The translations under genes and the position numbers were made by a program. Shown here one piece after another: positions 15,478-25,777 of a stretch of 64,000 bases of DNA (positions within the stretch are counted from its first letter, which is position 1; every line of letters begins with the position of its first letter). Origin of the DNA: an uncultured Nitrospiraceae bacterium (lineage in GTDB: Bacteria > Nitrospirota > Thermodesulfovibrionia > Thermodesulfovibrionales > Dissulfurispiraceae); the NCBI GenBank assembly GCA_963727805.1, contig CAVSHF010000003.1:1632001-1696000 (forward strand), written 5' to 3'. The notes under the pieces are model-generated. The model was given only the letters and a program-made list of their open reading frames with translations. It was not told the origin of the DNA and searched no databases.

Positions 15478-17913
15478 ATGACACATCTTTATAAAGCAGA
15501 CCTTCATGTGCATTCAAGGTTTTCTAACAAGCCTTCTATTTGGGCACTCAGAAAATTGAACTGCCCCGAAAGTTATACCTTACCGGAAAGCATCTATAGA
15601 ATTGCCCTCAAAAAGGGGATGGATTATGTAACCATAACCGACCATAACACGATAAACGGTTCACTTGAGATTGCCCACCTGCCGGGTACTTTCATTAGCT
15701 CGGAGATAACTACCTACTTCCCTGAGGACGGCTGTAAGATGCATGTCGTTGCACTCAACATCACTGAGCGCAGTTTTGACGACATCATGCACTTGAGAAA
15801 AGACATCTATGAACTCGTGGCCTATCTTCAAGGAAATCGTATCGCCCACTACATCGCTCACCCGCTGTATGATATGAACGGGCGGATTTCGGCTGAAACA
15901 ATCGAGAAGTTGGTGCTTCTCTTCGATGTCTTCGAGACAAAGAACGGCTCACGTTCTCAGCGATACAACCAGATGGTATCCAGTATCCTCGATTCTCTTG
16001 ACGAAGACAGGTTGGCGAAACTGGCTGACCGGCACGGGATCTTACCATATGGACAATCACCGTGGATGAAGGGTTCCGTGGGAGGGTCAGACGACCATAG
16101 TGGCTTTTTTGTAGCGAGGGCATACACGGTATCCCCGGCAGGAAGGTCCATTGATGAGTTTGTTGGCTCAATATCGGACCGTAACAGTCTGCCCGCCGGT
16201 GACGATGGTGACGCTATGATGCTGGCACACAGCATCTACGGCATCGGTTACCGCTTCTTCAAGGAAAAGTTTGAGAAGAAAAAGATCAATTCCATGCCGT
16301 TTGTCAAAGCCCTGATGAAGCAGGTCATGAATACAGATCGCAGCGGAATGCTTCTAATCGAGAGGTTGCAGTTGTTTATCAGGAAGAACATACCGGAGAT
16401 GTATACCGGGCTTGAGGGTAGGACATTCGAGGAGATCATCGACCGGGAGGCGCGCATACTCCTGAACGACCCGAGCTTCCTATCGAGCATAAGCGTCGAG
16501 GATATTAACAGACGTGTTTTCACTGTGACGAGCTACCTCATCAACAGGCTCATATATATATATACAAATCAGATGATAAAGACATGTTTGTCGATGAGCA
16601 TAATGAATCTTGCCAATTCACTAAGCAGCATAGGGTTCATACATCTTCTTGCATCTCCTTATTACCTCGCGTTTCACCATCAGCACCGAAGCAAGGCTCT
16701 GCTGGCGGAATTAGAGACTCGTTTCCTTGCGGAGATCAAATCACCTTTACCTCAGAAGATCGCGCTTTTTACCGATACGCTCCATGAGATAAACGGGGTG
16801 GCGATAACCATAAAGCGTCTTATGGAAAAGGCCAGGAGAGAAGGTGTCGAACTTGTGGTCATTACCTCGAGCCCGGACGAAACATCCTTCAATAACGGCA
16901 TTATGAATTTCAAATCCTTCGGCATGTTCGCACTACCTGAATATCCGGACCTTAAGCTCCATTTCCCGCCCATCCTCGATATTATCGATTATGTGGAAAA
17001 GGAAGGCTTTACGCGGTTTCATGTCAGCACGCCCGGAACTGTAGGTCTTATTTCCCTTCTTATTGCGAAATTGATGGATATCCCCATATCGGGCACTTAC
17101 CACACCGACATCCCGCAATATGTAAAAAGCCTCACTAACGATGCATTCCTAGAGGATGTCGCCTGGAGTTATATGATCTGGTTCTACAATCTCATGGAAG
17201 AGGTGATGGTACCATCTGCAAGCACACGTAAGCAGCTCATCGAAAAAGGTCTTGTTGCGGACAAGGTGCGTCCCCTTCCCAGATGGGTCGATACCGAATT
17301 TTTTACACCCATAAAAAGAGACCCCTATCTATGGACACGGCAGGGGCTTTTCGGCAGGGTGAAGTTCCTTTACACCGGCAGGGTTTCGCGGGAAAAGAAC
17401 CTTGAGCTCCTCTCACAGGCATTCAGGGCGATGATAGACGCCGGCCTAGATGGTGACCTGATTATCGTGGGAGATGGACCGTATCGGCAAGAGATGCAAG
17501 AGCAGATGAAAGGCTATCCGGCAATCTTCACAGGCTTTCTTACGGGAGAGGATCTCTGTATTGCATATGCTTCTTCCGATGTCTTCGTCTTTCCGAGCAC
17601 TACTGACACCTTCGGCAATGTGGTGCTGGAGGCCCAAGCATCCGGCCTCCCTGTCATCGTATCCGACGAAGGTGGACCAAAGGAACTGATGAAAGACGGC
17701 GTAACCGGCCTTTCGATATCTTCCAATAATCTCGATGCCCTGATCAATGCCATGAGCTTCTTCGTGAGCGAGCGCAGCCTTATTAATACTATGGGGGCTA
17801 ACGCCCGGCATTTTACCGAAAATCATTCAATTGATGTGAGCAATGCATACAGCACCATACTCAGGAGCAAGCCTTGCCGAACGCCGCTCGAAGACGCCAC
17901 CATGACCGCATGA
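15478..17913 (+). CDS. PHP-domain / GT4 glycosyltransferase fusion protein
   Basis: ADLHVHS, TITDHN, AHP, GGSDDH (PHP); FTDT...NGVA, YHTDIP, GRVSREKN, FPSTTDTFGNVVLEAQASGLPV (GT4). Confidence 0.9.
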   Translation: MTHLYKADLHVHSRFSNKPSIWALRKLNCPESYTLPESIYRIALKKGMDYVTITDHNTINGSLEIAHLPGTFISSEITTYFPEDGCKMHVVALNITERSFDDIMHLRKDIYELVAYLQGNRIAHYIAHPLYDMNGRISAETIEKLVLLFDVFETKNGSRSQRYNQMVSSILDSLDEDRLAKLADRHGILPYGQSPWMKGSVGGSDDHSGFFVARAYTVSPAGRSIDEFVGSISDRNSLPAGDDGDAMMLAHSIYGIGYRFFKEKFEKKKINSMPFVKALMKQVMNTDRSGMLLIERLQLFIRKNIPEMYTGLEGRTFEEIIDREARILLNDPSFLSSISVEDINRRVFTVTSYLINRLIYIYTNQMIKTCLSMSIMNLANSLSSIGFIHLLASPYYLAFHHQHRSKALLAELETRFLAEIKSPLPQKIALFTDTLHEINGVAITIKRLMEKARREGVELVVITSSPDETSFNNGIMNFKSFGMFALPEYPDLKLHFPPILDIIDYVEKEGFTRFHVSTPGTVGLISLLIAKLMDIPISGTYHTDIPQYVKSLTNDAFLEDVAWSYMIWFYNLMEEVMVPSASTRKQLIEKGLVADKVRPLPRWVDTEFFTPIKRDPYLWTRQGLFGRVKFLYTGRVSREKNLELLSQAFRAMIDAGLDGDLIIVGDGPYRQEMQEQMKGYPAIFTGFLTGEDLCIAYASSDVFVFPSTTDTFGNVVLEAQASGLPVIVSDEGGPKELMKDGVTGLSISSNNLDALINAMSFFVSERSLINTMGANARHFTENHSIDVSNAYSTILRSKPCRTPLEDATMTA

Positions 17914-19199
17914 CGTCAGGCCATGCCTTAATAAAGGGACTTCAACTCCTTACCCCTTTTTTCAGTAACCACCTCCCAGGTCAGGTCGTCATGCAATACA
18001 CCGACATGTGCAATGCTCAGTGTCCCCAGTGCGGAATGAGGAGCACCGAGTCCTTCAAAAGATCGACGCTCGGCATCGATACTGCCAAAAGGATCATAGA
18101 CCATGCCGCCGCAAGCGGTATTTCCGCTCTCTCAATCACCGGAGGAGAGCCCCTGCTATTTCTCGATGATGTTGTGGAACTTATCAGATACGCTCATGAC
18201 GCGGGCATTAAATATACGCGGACCGGTACAAACGGCTTCCTCTTCATGCATTCAGAAAAACCGGATTTTGAGAAGCGCGTCTCAAAGATCGCTGAGACCC
18301 TCGCCGTAAGTGGCATCTACACCTTCTGGATCAGCATTGACTCTGCAATTCCGGACGTCCATGAGCAGATGCGCGGACTACCGGGCGTCATTCCCGGCAT
18401 AGAAAAAGCCTTGCCCATTTTGCACGAACACGGCATCTATCCCGCAGCCAATCTCGGTATTAACCGAAACATTCTGAGTAATATCGAAGGCAATAATTTG
18501 TCGGTCACACACCCAGTCGAATTCTACGAAGCATTCAGGGAAGCCTTCGGCCGGTTCTATTCATTTGTGATTGATCTTGGCTTTACGATGGCAAACGCCT
18601 GCTATCCGATGAGTATCGACTCCAACAAAATTGCGAGACTCAGCGCCGCTTATGCCGCAACCTCGGAAGCACAACTGGTAGAGTTCGCCGATGATGAGAG
18701 ACCTCTTCTATTCAAGGCGCTTTTCGATACCATTCCACTATTCAGGTCAAAAATTAGAATATTTTCTCCGAGGAGCTCCCTGTACTCTCTCATTAGGCAA
18801 TACACTGTCGGTGAAGAGTACTGCTATCCCTGCAGGGGCGGAACGGACTTTTTCTTCGTCGATGCTAAGGAGGGTGCTGCCTACCCCTGCGGGTACAGAG
18901 GAGATGAACGGCTCGGACGTTTTTGGGAGATCAACATAAAAAACCGGGATAGCGCCTCCTCGTGCAGGAGATGCGACTGGGAATGTTTCAGAGACCCATC
19001 GGAACTGATGGGCCCTCTGCCATCGCTTTTTTCGCAGCCTGTGACTACTCTTTCGAGGCTTATTACAGATAAGACCTATTCAAAACTGTGGCTTGGGGAC
19101 ATCTCTTATTTCCGGGCTTGCAACTACTTCGATGGCCGGAGACCTCCAGATTTCAGAAAGATGTCGACATTCTTACCGAAAGAGGAGAGACGTTCATAA
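17910..19199 (+). CDS. Radical SAM protein with C-terminal auxiliary-cluster cysteines
   Basis: CNAQCPQC, ITGGEPLL, C-terminal CRGG...YPCGYR...CRRCDWEC; ATGA overlap with the GT4 gene. Confidence 0.88.
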   Translation: MTSGHALIKGLQLLTPFFSNHLPGQVVMQYTDMCNAQCPQCGMRSTESFKRSTLGIDTAKRIIDHAAASGISALSITGGEPLLFLDDVVELIRYAHDAGIKYTRTGTNGFLFMHSEKPDFEKRVSKIAETLAVSGIYTFWISIDSAIPDVHEQMRGLPGVIPGIEKALPILHEHGIYPAANLGINRNILSNIEGNNLSVTHPVEFYEAFREAFGRFYSFVIDLGFTMANACYPMSIDSNKIARLSAAYAATSEAQLVEFADDERPLLFKALFDTIPLFRSKIRIFSPRSSLYSLIRQYTVGEEYCYPCRGGTDFFFVDAKEGAAYPCGYRGDERLGRFWEINIKNRDSASSCRRCDWECFRDPSELMGPLPSLFSQPVTTLSRLITDKTYSKLWLGDISYFRACNYFDGRRPPDFRKMSTFLPKEERRS

Positions 19200-19213
19200 T
19201 AGGCTTGTTGGGC

Positions 19214-21481
19214 ATGTCCAACAAGCCTCATCTCCCGGCATATTTTCGCTCGGGCAGATTGTGCATATTTCTCTTGTTTTCACTTTTCGCCCTCCTCTGC
19301 GCATCGACTGAAAATGGCTCTGCGGCATCACTTTCGCCGGTCAAATCGATTACCATCGAAGCGCCCTCTGAACTCCTAGAAAATAGCATCACAATATTGG
19401 CAATAGATGATGCGATTAATCTTTTGAAAAAAAGTTTCACAGGAGCTGCCATCTCTCTCAATGGCGATAACGCACAAGTACGGATCATCCTGCCGAAGAT
19501 CATTAAGCATGAACGCCTGATGACTTCGAGCTTTTCCAAGGGAAGGACTTATGACTATCTGAATTATCCTGAGCACAATTACAGATGGCGCTCATCTCGG
19601 AAGAAAGACATCATCACTCTGGAGCTCCGCAGTTCTTCTTATGAAGGGACGGCCTTCGGCATTTATGGTCTACTTCAGGAGAAGCTCGGGTTCAAGTTCT
19701 ATCACCCACGGAGATCCATAATCCCATCCCACAAAGCTTGGCCCCTGCCTCCCAATTTTGATTGGCAGGCAACGCCGCGCTTTGATAAAAAAGGCTTCCA
19801 TATCCACACTCAGCACCCTGTCGAACTTGCCGAGCAACTTCATAACCCCGGCATGGTCAATGCACTTGCTGATGTGAAGGAATACATCGACTGGCTTGCT
19901 CGAAACCAGCAAAACGTCTTCCAGTTTTATCTGCTTCGCGATATTCAACGAGACCAGTGGATGAGGCATGCCAAAGAAATAGTATCATACGCTCACAAAA
20001 GGGGAATCCTTATAGGGGTAGAATTCTCCCTCGCCTGCATACAGCAAAAAGCCTTTCAGGCGCTCAAGCTCCTCAACCCTTTGCAGGGCAGCTATCGTAC
20101 TCAGGTTGATGACACCCTTGCATGGTTGTTGCAGGCAGACTGGGATTTTGTGACCGTTGATTTCTCCATGGGCGAATATATGCTGGATCTTGGTGTGACA
20201 ATGCCGGAATTGCGCGACTATGTAATCACTCAAATCACCACGAAGTACAAAACTAAGGTACTATATGCAACTCACATAATTCAGCAAAAGGATTGCGTCA
20301 AACTGCCAAAGGCATTGCAGAGCATGTTCAGTCCCGCATGCGACGGTACTATACATATCCCTCAGCAAGCAGGGGTTCTGATTCACACCGTGATGTGCTA
20401 CTCCATCGATGCGATGAAAGCTCCGGTATACGGCAATGCAAACCAGCGCTATATGCTTCGGCGAGCTGCTGAGGAAAGCAGAATCCGTGAAACCTGGTAC
20501 TGGCCCGAATCGTCTTACTGGGTCTCGTTTGACAACTCCGTGCCTTTGCTTTTGCTTACGTATCTCGACGCGCGGTGGCGTGATATGAATACCATGAAAA
20601 GGATCGGGGTCGATAACCACATTACCTTCAGTTCGGGATGGGAATGGGGTTATTGGCTGATTGACTGGAGCATCGCTCGATGGTCGTGGGTGCATAAGGG
20701 AAAAGGCAGTGGAAAAACATCCCATCCGCTAAACATATTGTTCGACCTATTCACAGATGAGCGCATTGAAAACATCTGGGAAGAAGCACTTGCTCTCCAG
20801 GACTACTTTTTTAATGAACGCGAATTAATGCCATTGATGTCGGCCCTTGACCCATCAGCGGAACTTCCATCACCTTTCAATCATCCTTTCCAGCCCCGGC
20901 CGAGCTTCACATTCGAATGGCTTCTCAGAAAATCTTCAGATGATTATGTAAACAAGGTCCTGCAGGGCCCTGTCGCTTCACTGATTGATTATGACCAAAA
21001 GATGAGTCATTTGACAAAAATGCTCAAGGTCGAATCGGCACGTTTCTTTTCAAAAAGAAAGCATAGCAATCCTCAACTCAAGGGGCTCATGGATGAGTTG
21101 ACCAGAAGCTTACAGATTACCGCCCTACGGGCCAGGCACCGTTCATTGACCATAAAGGCACTGATTGCAAAACGCGAGCAAGTTCTAAAGGGCCGACTGA
21201 CGAATGAAGCGGAGGCCTTGCTGCAACGTGCCATGGAAGTGCGCAGCGAGGCCCAGACAATAGTGCATGTTCAGGAAGGTGCATACCGTTATCCTGTGGA
21301 ATTGCTTGCACGTAAGCGACAGAGCTTTACTGCTTATGAGTTCGGGTATCTTTATCCTGCAAGCAATCTTTACTTCTGGTGGCGGGAAGAAGAGCAGGTC
21401 CGAAACACTAGATTCGATGCCTTTTATCTGAACATATGGGACTTCAGACGCATCATAGGTCTCGAGAGCCTGCTGTATTAA
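19214..21481 (+). CDS. Large exported protein of unknown function (possible glycoside-hydrolase-like TIM barrel)
   Basis: N-terminal hydrophobic signal; GTAFGIYGLLQEKLGFKFYHP followed by FDKKGFHIHTQHP resembles the GH20/GH67 domain-2-to-barrel junction. Confidence 0.6.
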   Translation: MSNKPHLPAYFRSGRLCIFLLFSLFALLCASTENGSAASLSPVKSITIEAPSELLENSITILAIDDAINLLKKSFTGAAISLNGDNAQVRIILPKIIKHERLMTSSFSKGRTYDYLNYPEHNYRWRSSRKKDIITLELRSSSYEGTAFGIYGLLQEKLGFKFYHPRRSIIPSHKAWPLPPNFDWQATPRFDKKGFHIHTQHPVELAEQLHNPGMVNALADVKEYIDWLARNQQNVFQFYLLRDIQRDQWMRHAKEIVSYAHKRGILIGVEFSLACIQQKAFQALKLLNPLQGSYRTQVDDTLAWLLQADWDFVTVDFSMGEYMLDLGVTMPELRDYVITQITTKYKTKVLYATHIIQQKDCVKLPKALQSMFSPACDGTIHIPQQAGVLIHTVMCYSIDAMKAPVYGNANQRYMLRRAAEESRIRETWYWPESSYWVSFDNSVPLLLLTYLDARWRDMNTMKRIGVDNHITFSSGWEWGYWLIDWSIARWSWVHKGKGSGKTSHPLNILFDLFTDERIENIWEEALALQDYFFNERELMPLMSALDPSAELPSPFNHPFQPRPSFTFEWLLRKSSDDYVNKVLQGPVASLIDYDQKMSHLTKMLKVESARFFSKRKHSNPQLKGLMDELTRSLQITALRARHRSLTIKALIAKREQVLKGRLTNEAEALLQRAMEVRSEAQTIVHVQEGAYRYPVELLARKRQSFTAYEFGYLYPASNLYFWWREEEQVRNTRFDAFYLNIWDFRRIIGLESLLY

Positions 21482-21532
21482 CAGAAGTGTAACAGTCCTG
21501 TAATGTTGGCTTAATCTCAATATCGATATAAT
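21477..21532 (+). promoter_or_regulatory. Pho-box-like promoter
   Basis: ATTAAC 21477, TGTAAC 21488, TGTAAT 21499, CTTAAT 21510, then TATAAT 21527. Confidence 0.6.
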
Positions 21533-21679
21533 GAGCTCGATGTTGAACAGGAACATACCTCGCTTACTTTCATGATCTACCTGAACAACATCCTTTTGAC
21601 CTATAATAGACGAGGACGAATTGCCGACCGGAGAGATCGACAGCCCGTATAATATGGTGTTTCCTATGGGAGGAAATTA

Positions 21680-21985
21680 ATGAAAGTATGTGAAACACGT
21701 TTTTATACGAATATCTTCAGGCACGAGGTCGATACCATCCTTAAAGAACTGCAAAAGAATTGTGCGACAATAACGGGTGACAATCCGTGGTATGTTGACA
21801 CCCTCCAGGCCGGCGTCAAGTTAAAGGGTGAGTGGATTGAGAAATCCTTGATCCTATCGATAACCATCACCAATAGTGATTGGTATGTTCCACACTCAAC
21901 AATATGGGCAAAGATTGACGATTTGATGTCCGGCATCAAGGGGATGTCGGATAACGTAACAGCGGCGAATATCTCCCAATCGTAA
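21680..21985 (+). CDS. Small hypothetical protein
   Basis: GGGAGG SD; 101-aa ORF downstream of a Pho-like promoter. Confidence 0.6.
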   Translation: MKVCETRFYTNIFRHEVDTILKELQKNCATITGDNPWYVDTLQAGVKLKGEWIEKSLILSITITNSDWYVPHSTIWAKIDDLMSGIKGMSDNVTAANISQS

Positions 21986-22306
21986 AAATCGCAAAGTCTG
22001 TATTAGACTATATGGTAAAATGTCCACGGCCCTGACATTGCAGATTCCCTCCGGAAATAGTTGCCGCAGAAATAGAGAGCTACGAGTACAAGTCCCTTTA
22101 AAATCGGCCTTCCTAACGGATGTCTGATCACAGCTGGAAAAGTAGCGTCGATATTAGTCCCTGAGTAAGCCATCGCAACCGCTATCTCCTGTTTAAAATT
22201 ATTTCTCTTGGATTAACAATACATATGACCGAGCTTCCCTGAGACTAGTCCGTCGAGGGTTTCGACTTCAATCAGAATATGCAACAGACATTCACAGTCT
22301 TGCATC

Positions 22307-23908
22307 CTATGCAATATGCAATTTCATATGATTATTCCACTCCGCAACTGAAGAGGTCTTGATATGCGGCTTTGCTTCCTCCTCGGTCATCGACGGGTTT
22401 TTATATTTGAGCCCCATGAATCTACACATCACGTTAAATAGATAAGTATTGTCGATATACCTGTTAAGACCGAGTTGTTTGGCCTCATATCCGTAGGCCA
22501 ACACTATCTGGTCTTCCGCGGTATGATTTGTAGAGGTAAATCCAACGTTACCCCTTCTCAATAAAGCCGTCTCCACCCCTTCCCCGTTCTTGCCGTAAAT
22601 GCTGTGGGCCAATGCCTTGCCAAGCAAGGCATCCGGCAGATATATGAAGTCCCCGGGGTAAGACTGGTAGCCAGGCTGCATCGATTCATGTATCATCGAA
22701 GCCTCGTCTGCGGAAAGCTTATAAGTAGTATGGTAATCAAAGATGTCCCTGATTTCAGCTGCTGTCTTGCCTTTCATCTGCTTAGTCATTATTTCAAAGG
22801 ATGCCTTAATAGGCATATATTTCTTCAATGCCTCGGTCGAATCATTATAATCAGGCCCGGTCCCGTTGATACCCCAGCCTGAGTTCCCATGGTCTGAGGT
22901 GACGATCACGAGCGTATTTGGGTTCACCTTCAGATACTCTTCTATCACTCCCAGGGTCATATCCATTTCATACGTATCATTGATGGCCGTCCACGCATCA
23001 TTGGAATGGCTGGCATGATCAATCCTTCCCGCCTCGACCTGCAGGATGAACCCCTTTTGGTTCGCAGACAGCCGCTTAAGGGCAAGCGATGTCATCTCCG
23101 TTAGGTTTGGCTGCTTGCTATTCAATGCCTCATCATTCATCCTGTCAACATAATAGCTTATATGAGATGAATTGAAGAGTCCGAGGAGTGACTTGCTTGA
23201 AGACGATGCGGCCATGGATAACAGCGTTTCTTTGTCCTTTGCCACGTCATAGCCACCATCCGCAAATTCCCGAAAGAGGTCTCTGCCATCCTTTCTCGTT
23301 GATGGACTGAAATGTGCGCTCCCGCCTCCAAGCAGGATATCGGGGCGGAATTTCAAATAATCCAGGGCTATGGCATCCTCAAGATCCCTGTGCATCTGAT
23401 GCGAAATCCACGCAGCCGGTGTCGCATGCGTTACCCTCGTGGTCGTGACAAGTCCGGTTGCGTACCCGGACTCTTTTGCTATCTCAAGAATCGTCTTCAG
23501 GGGTCTGCCGTCTGGCAACGCCGACAGCAACCTGTTGGCGGTTTTAGAACCCGTCGCCCATGCCACCGATGCAGGAGCGGAGTCTGTAACGATACTCGAT
23601 AGACTCTTAGTCCCCACGAACCCGATAGCTGCATTCTCGTCTTTCATGCGAGAATAGAAATTGGTATCGGTAGCCCCGTTGAATCTCACCCTCATCTCGT
23701 GCATCGCCTTGATAACTCCGAGAGGCATTCCGTCTCCAACCACAAAAATCAGCCCGCGCGAATTTGAGGACTCAAATTCCTTAAGATTGCTTGCGGACAA
23801 GCCGGATGGTAAAAGGGAGTAAAGAGCCCCGGCACCTATTATCTTCAGCATATTCCTCCGACTGATACCATCGTCGGACTTTTTGTTATTTTCAGGCTTG
23901 TTCATCAA
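22307..23908 (-). CDS. phoA: Alkaline phosphatase (PhoA family) with a twin-arginine signal peptide
   Basis: SRRNMLK Tat motif; GDGM, VTDSAPA (phospho-Ser), THATPAA, EAGRIDHASHSN, TSDHGN, HTAED. Confidence 0.92.
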   Translation of the reverse strand: MMNKPENNKKSDDGISRRNMLKIIGAGALYSLLPSGLSASNLKEFESSNSRGLIFVVGDGMPLGVIKAMHEMRVRFNGATDTNFYSRMKDENAAIGFVGTKSLSSIVTDSAPASVAWATGSKTANRLLSALPDGRPLKTILEIAKESGYATGLVTTTRVTHATPAAWISHQMHRDLEDAIALDYLKFRPDILLGGGSAHFSPSTRKDGRDLFREFADGGYDVAKDKETLLSMAASSSSKSLLGLFNSSHISYYVDRMNDEALNSKQPNLTEMTSLALKRLSANQKGFILQVEAGRIDHASHSNDAWTAINDTYEMDMTLGVIEEYLKVNPNTLVIVTSDHGNSGWGINGTGPDYNDSTEALKKYMPIKASFEIMTKQMKGKTAAEIRDIFDYHTTYKLSADEASMIHESMQPGYQSYPGDFIYLPDALLGKALAHSIYGKNGEGVETALLRRGNVGFTSTNHTAEDQIVLAYGYEAKQLGLNRYIDNTYLFNVMCRFMGLKYKNPSMTEEEAKPHIKTSSVAEWNNHMKLHIA

Positions 23909-23991
23909 ATACCTCCTTTAACAGATTATGTTAAGGGGCAATACCCCAGGATTCCATTTGATTCAATTGCTTTTTGCGTCCTATCGCAACG

Positions 23992-24717
23992 CTATTGCAA
24001 GGCCTTACTGAAGACCAAACTCTTAACCAGCCCTTCGGCGCAGTCTCCCGTATATTGCGAGTTGGTTTGGACCCTTATGCCGCGTATCTTTCGGGGTTCT
24101 TCATTGAATATCTTTCTGTAATCGTCGTGTATATTTCTCGTCATCGTCAGCCACTTCCCCGTATCGGAATTCCCGGTTTTCACGACAAGAACCTTAACCG
24201 TGACAAAGAGGGGGATGCCGATCGATTCATCGGTAATAGTCCCCTCGGGGGCGTTTGAGTCCCAGACATAACTCATGATCTTTCTGCCCTCGAAAGCGAC
24301 GAGGATCTGGAGAACCTGGTCGTTACGCGATCTCTTTCGCAGGTCTCCACGAGCTGGGATAATCAGAGCCTTCCATGTCCAGTTAAAATAAGGGAACTCT
24401 AGTACGTCGAGCGCCAGTTCTCTTTCGAGTGAGAATGAAGATTTCGATGACCGCAGATATAAAGCTGGGCCGCCCCCATCGGTCATCACTTCCGCATAAG
24501 CTGTCCCTTCGTTGACACGCAACTTCCATGGTGCCGGGATTCCCGACTTCCCCTCGGAGTCGGTAAAGTCGATAATAACAGCCGAACCATCCTTGCAGGC
24601 CGATCCGGCTGGAGATGTCATAATGGTCGATAAACTCGCTGCAATAAGCAGCAGCACCAATAATTTCTTGCAGCAGGGGACCGGAATAGTCGTTTTCCCG
24701 ATTAAAAAGTCTGTCAC
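23992..24717 (-). CDS. DUF3047-family exported protein
   Basis: PYFNWTWK, RNDQVLQI, YVWDS, WLTMTRNIHDDYRKIF, IRVQTNS; probable GTG start overlapping the dksA-like stop. Confidence 0.75.
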   Translation of the reverse strand: MTDFLIGKTTIPVPCCKKLLVLLLIAASLSTIMTSPAGSACKDGSAVIIDFTDSEGKSGIPAPWKLRVNEGTAYAEVMTDGGGPALYLRSSKSSFSLERELALDVLEFPYFNWTWKALIIPARGDLRKRSRNDQVLQILVAFEGRKIMSYVWDSNAPEGTITDESIGIPLFVTVKVLVVKTGNSDTGKWLTMTRNIHDDYRKIFNEEPRKIRGIRVQTNSQYTGDCAEGLVKSLVFSKALQ

Positions 24718-25079
24718 GCCCTCTCTTCCAGCAATTCCTGACAGTCTCTGCAATGCGTAGCAAAGGGAAGAATCTTGAGTCTTTTTTCGTCGATCTCCGC
24801 CAGACATTCTTCACAGATACCGTAACTGCCAACGCTTATCTTATCCAGTGCATTGTCAATCTGCTGCATGACGGCCCGCTGCGAATCAAGATTCCTGAAA
24901 TGCAGATAATCGGAATGGCAGGAGAAGGCACAGTCGCCTTCTTCGAGGCCGGCTCCAATAGTCTGCCTGTTTTCCCCTGACATGCGCTTTTTCATCTCGG
25001 TCTTCGATCGATAGATAATCTCTTTCTTCTTTTCGTGGAGCCTTTTTGCGACTTCCGATCGGATAGACTTTGTCAGCAT
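24714..25079 (-). CDS. TraR/DksA C4-type zinc-finger protein
   Basis: IDNALDKISVGSYGICEEC..EI...RL..LPFATHCRDCQ; coiled-coil tip EEGDCA; AGGAGG SD. Confidence 0.88.
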   Translation of the reverse strand: MLTKSIRSEVAKRLHEKKKEIIYRSKTEMKKRMSGENRQTIGAGLEEGDCAFSCHSDYLHFRNLDSQRAVMQQIDNALDKISVGSYGICEECLAEIDEKRLKILPFATHCRDCQELLEERA

Positions 25080-25113
25080 GGATGCCTCCTTATCTTTGGA
25101 ACTTCAATACTTA

Positions 25114-25169
25114 AGTATAGAAAAAAGTATATTAAAGCTAATTGACGACAGGATTAAGATACGGTTACA
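25114..25169 (-). promoter_or_regulatory. Pho-box-like promoter of the dksA-like/DUF3047/phoA unit
   Basis: Minus strand TGTAAC, CTTAAT, CGTCAA, TTTAAT in 11-bp phase, then TATACT (25119-25114). Confidence 0.55.
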
Positions 25170-25777
25170 ATATTCTACAACTTTCTGCTCTTGCGTTCCG
25201 GGAAATCCAGGAACGCTGCGCAAAGCGTCTCCACCCTCAGCGGTCGTAGTCAAGAAGCATCTTATATATAACTTAGCCAAGCGGCATGGATTTTATAATA
25301 AGGTATAGAGCAAGCAAAGTATAACGAAAACTATGATCAATTCGATAAAGATAGGCTATTGTATCTCTTTTCTTACTCAAATATTACGCTTTGTTGATCT
25401 ATGACCACAGTAAAATTTCATTAATTGCCTGCCAATTGATCCACTTATGTACATAAAAATTGTATGCTTAAAGGAACTCGCTCACTGAAGCCCGGAAGGT
25501 GAGAGTCCGGAAATAGCGACATTGGGCCGCGCAAGAATATACGACAATGCGTCTCCGCTGTTAGGAGTGAAGTCCTTTGCGCTCCGTGCTGCAAATTAGC
25601 CGCCGGGTTGAAACGGGACTTTTTCTGGCCGTTTCTATAAGTCGACATCCTAGCATTTTAACAGGGTAAGTATGAATAATTGCTGGACCACTGCAGGGAA
25701 TGTGCAATTAGTGTTGATATTCTCTATTGCACAGCCTTCAATGATGATTAGGAACAACATTTGACGGGCTAAAGACA

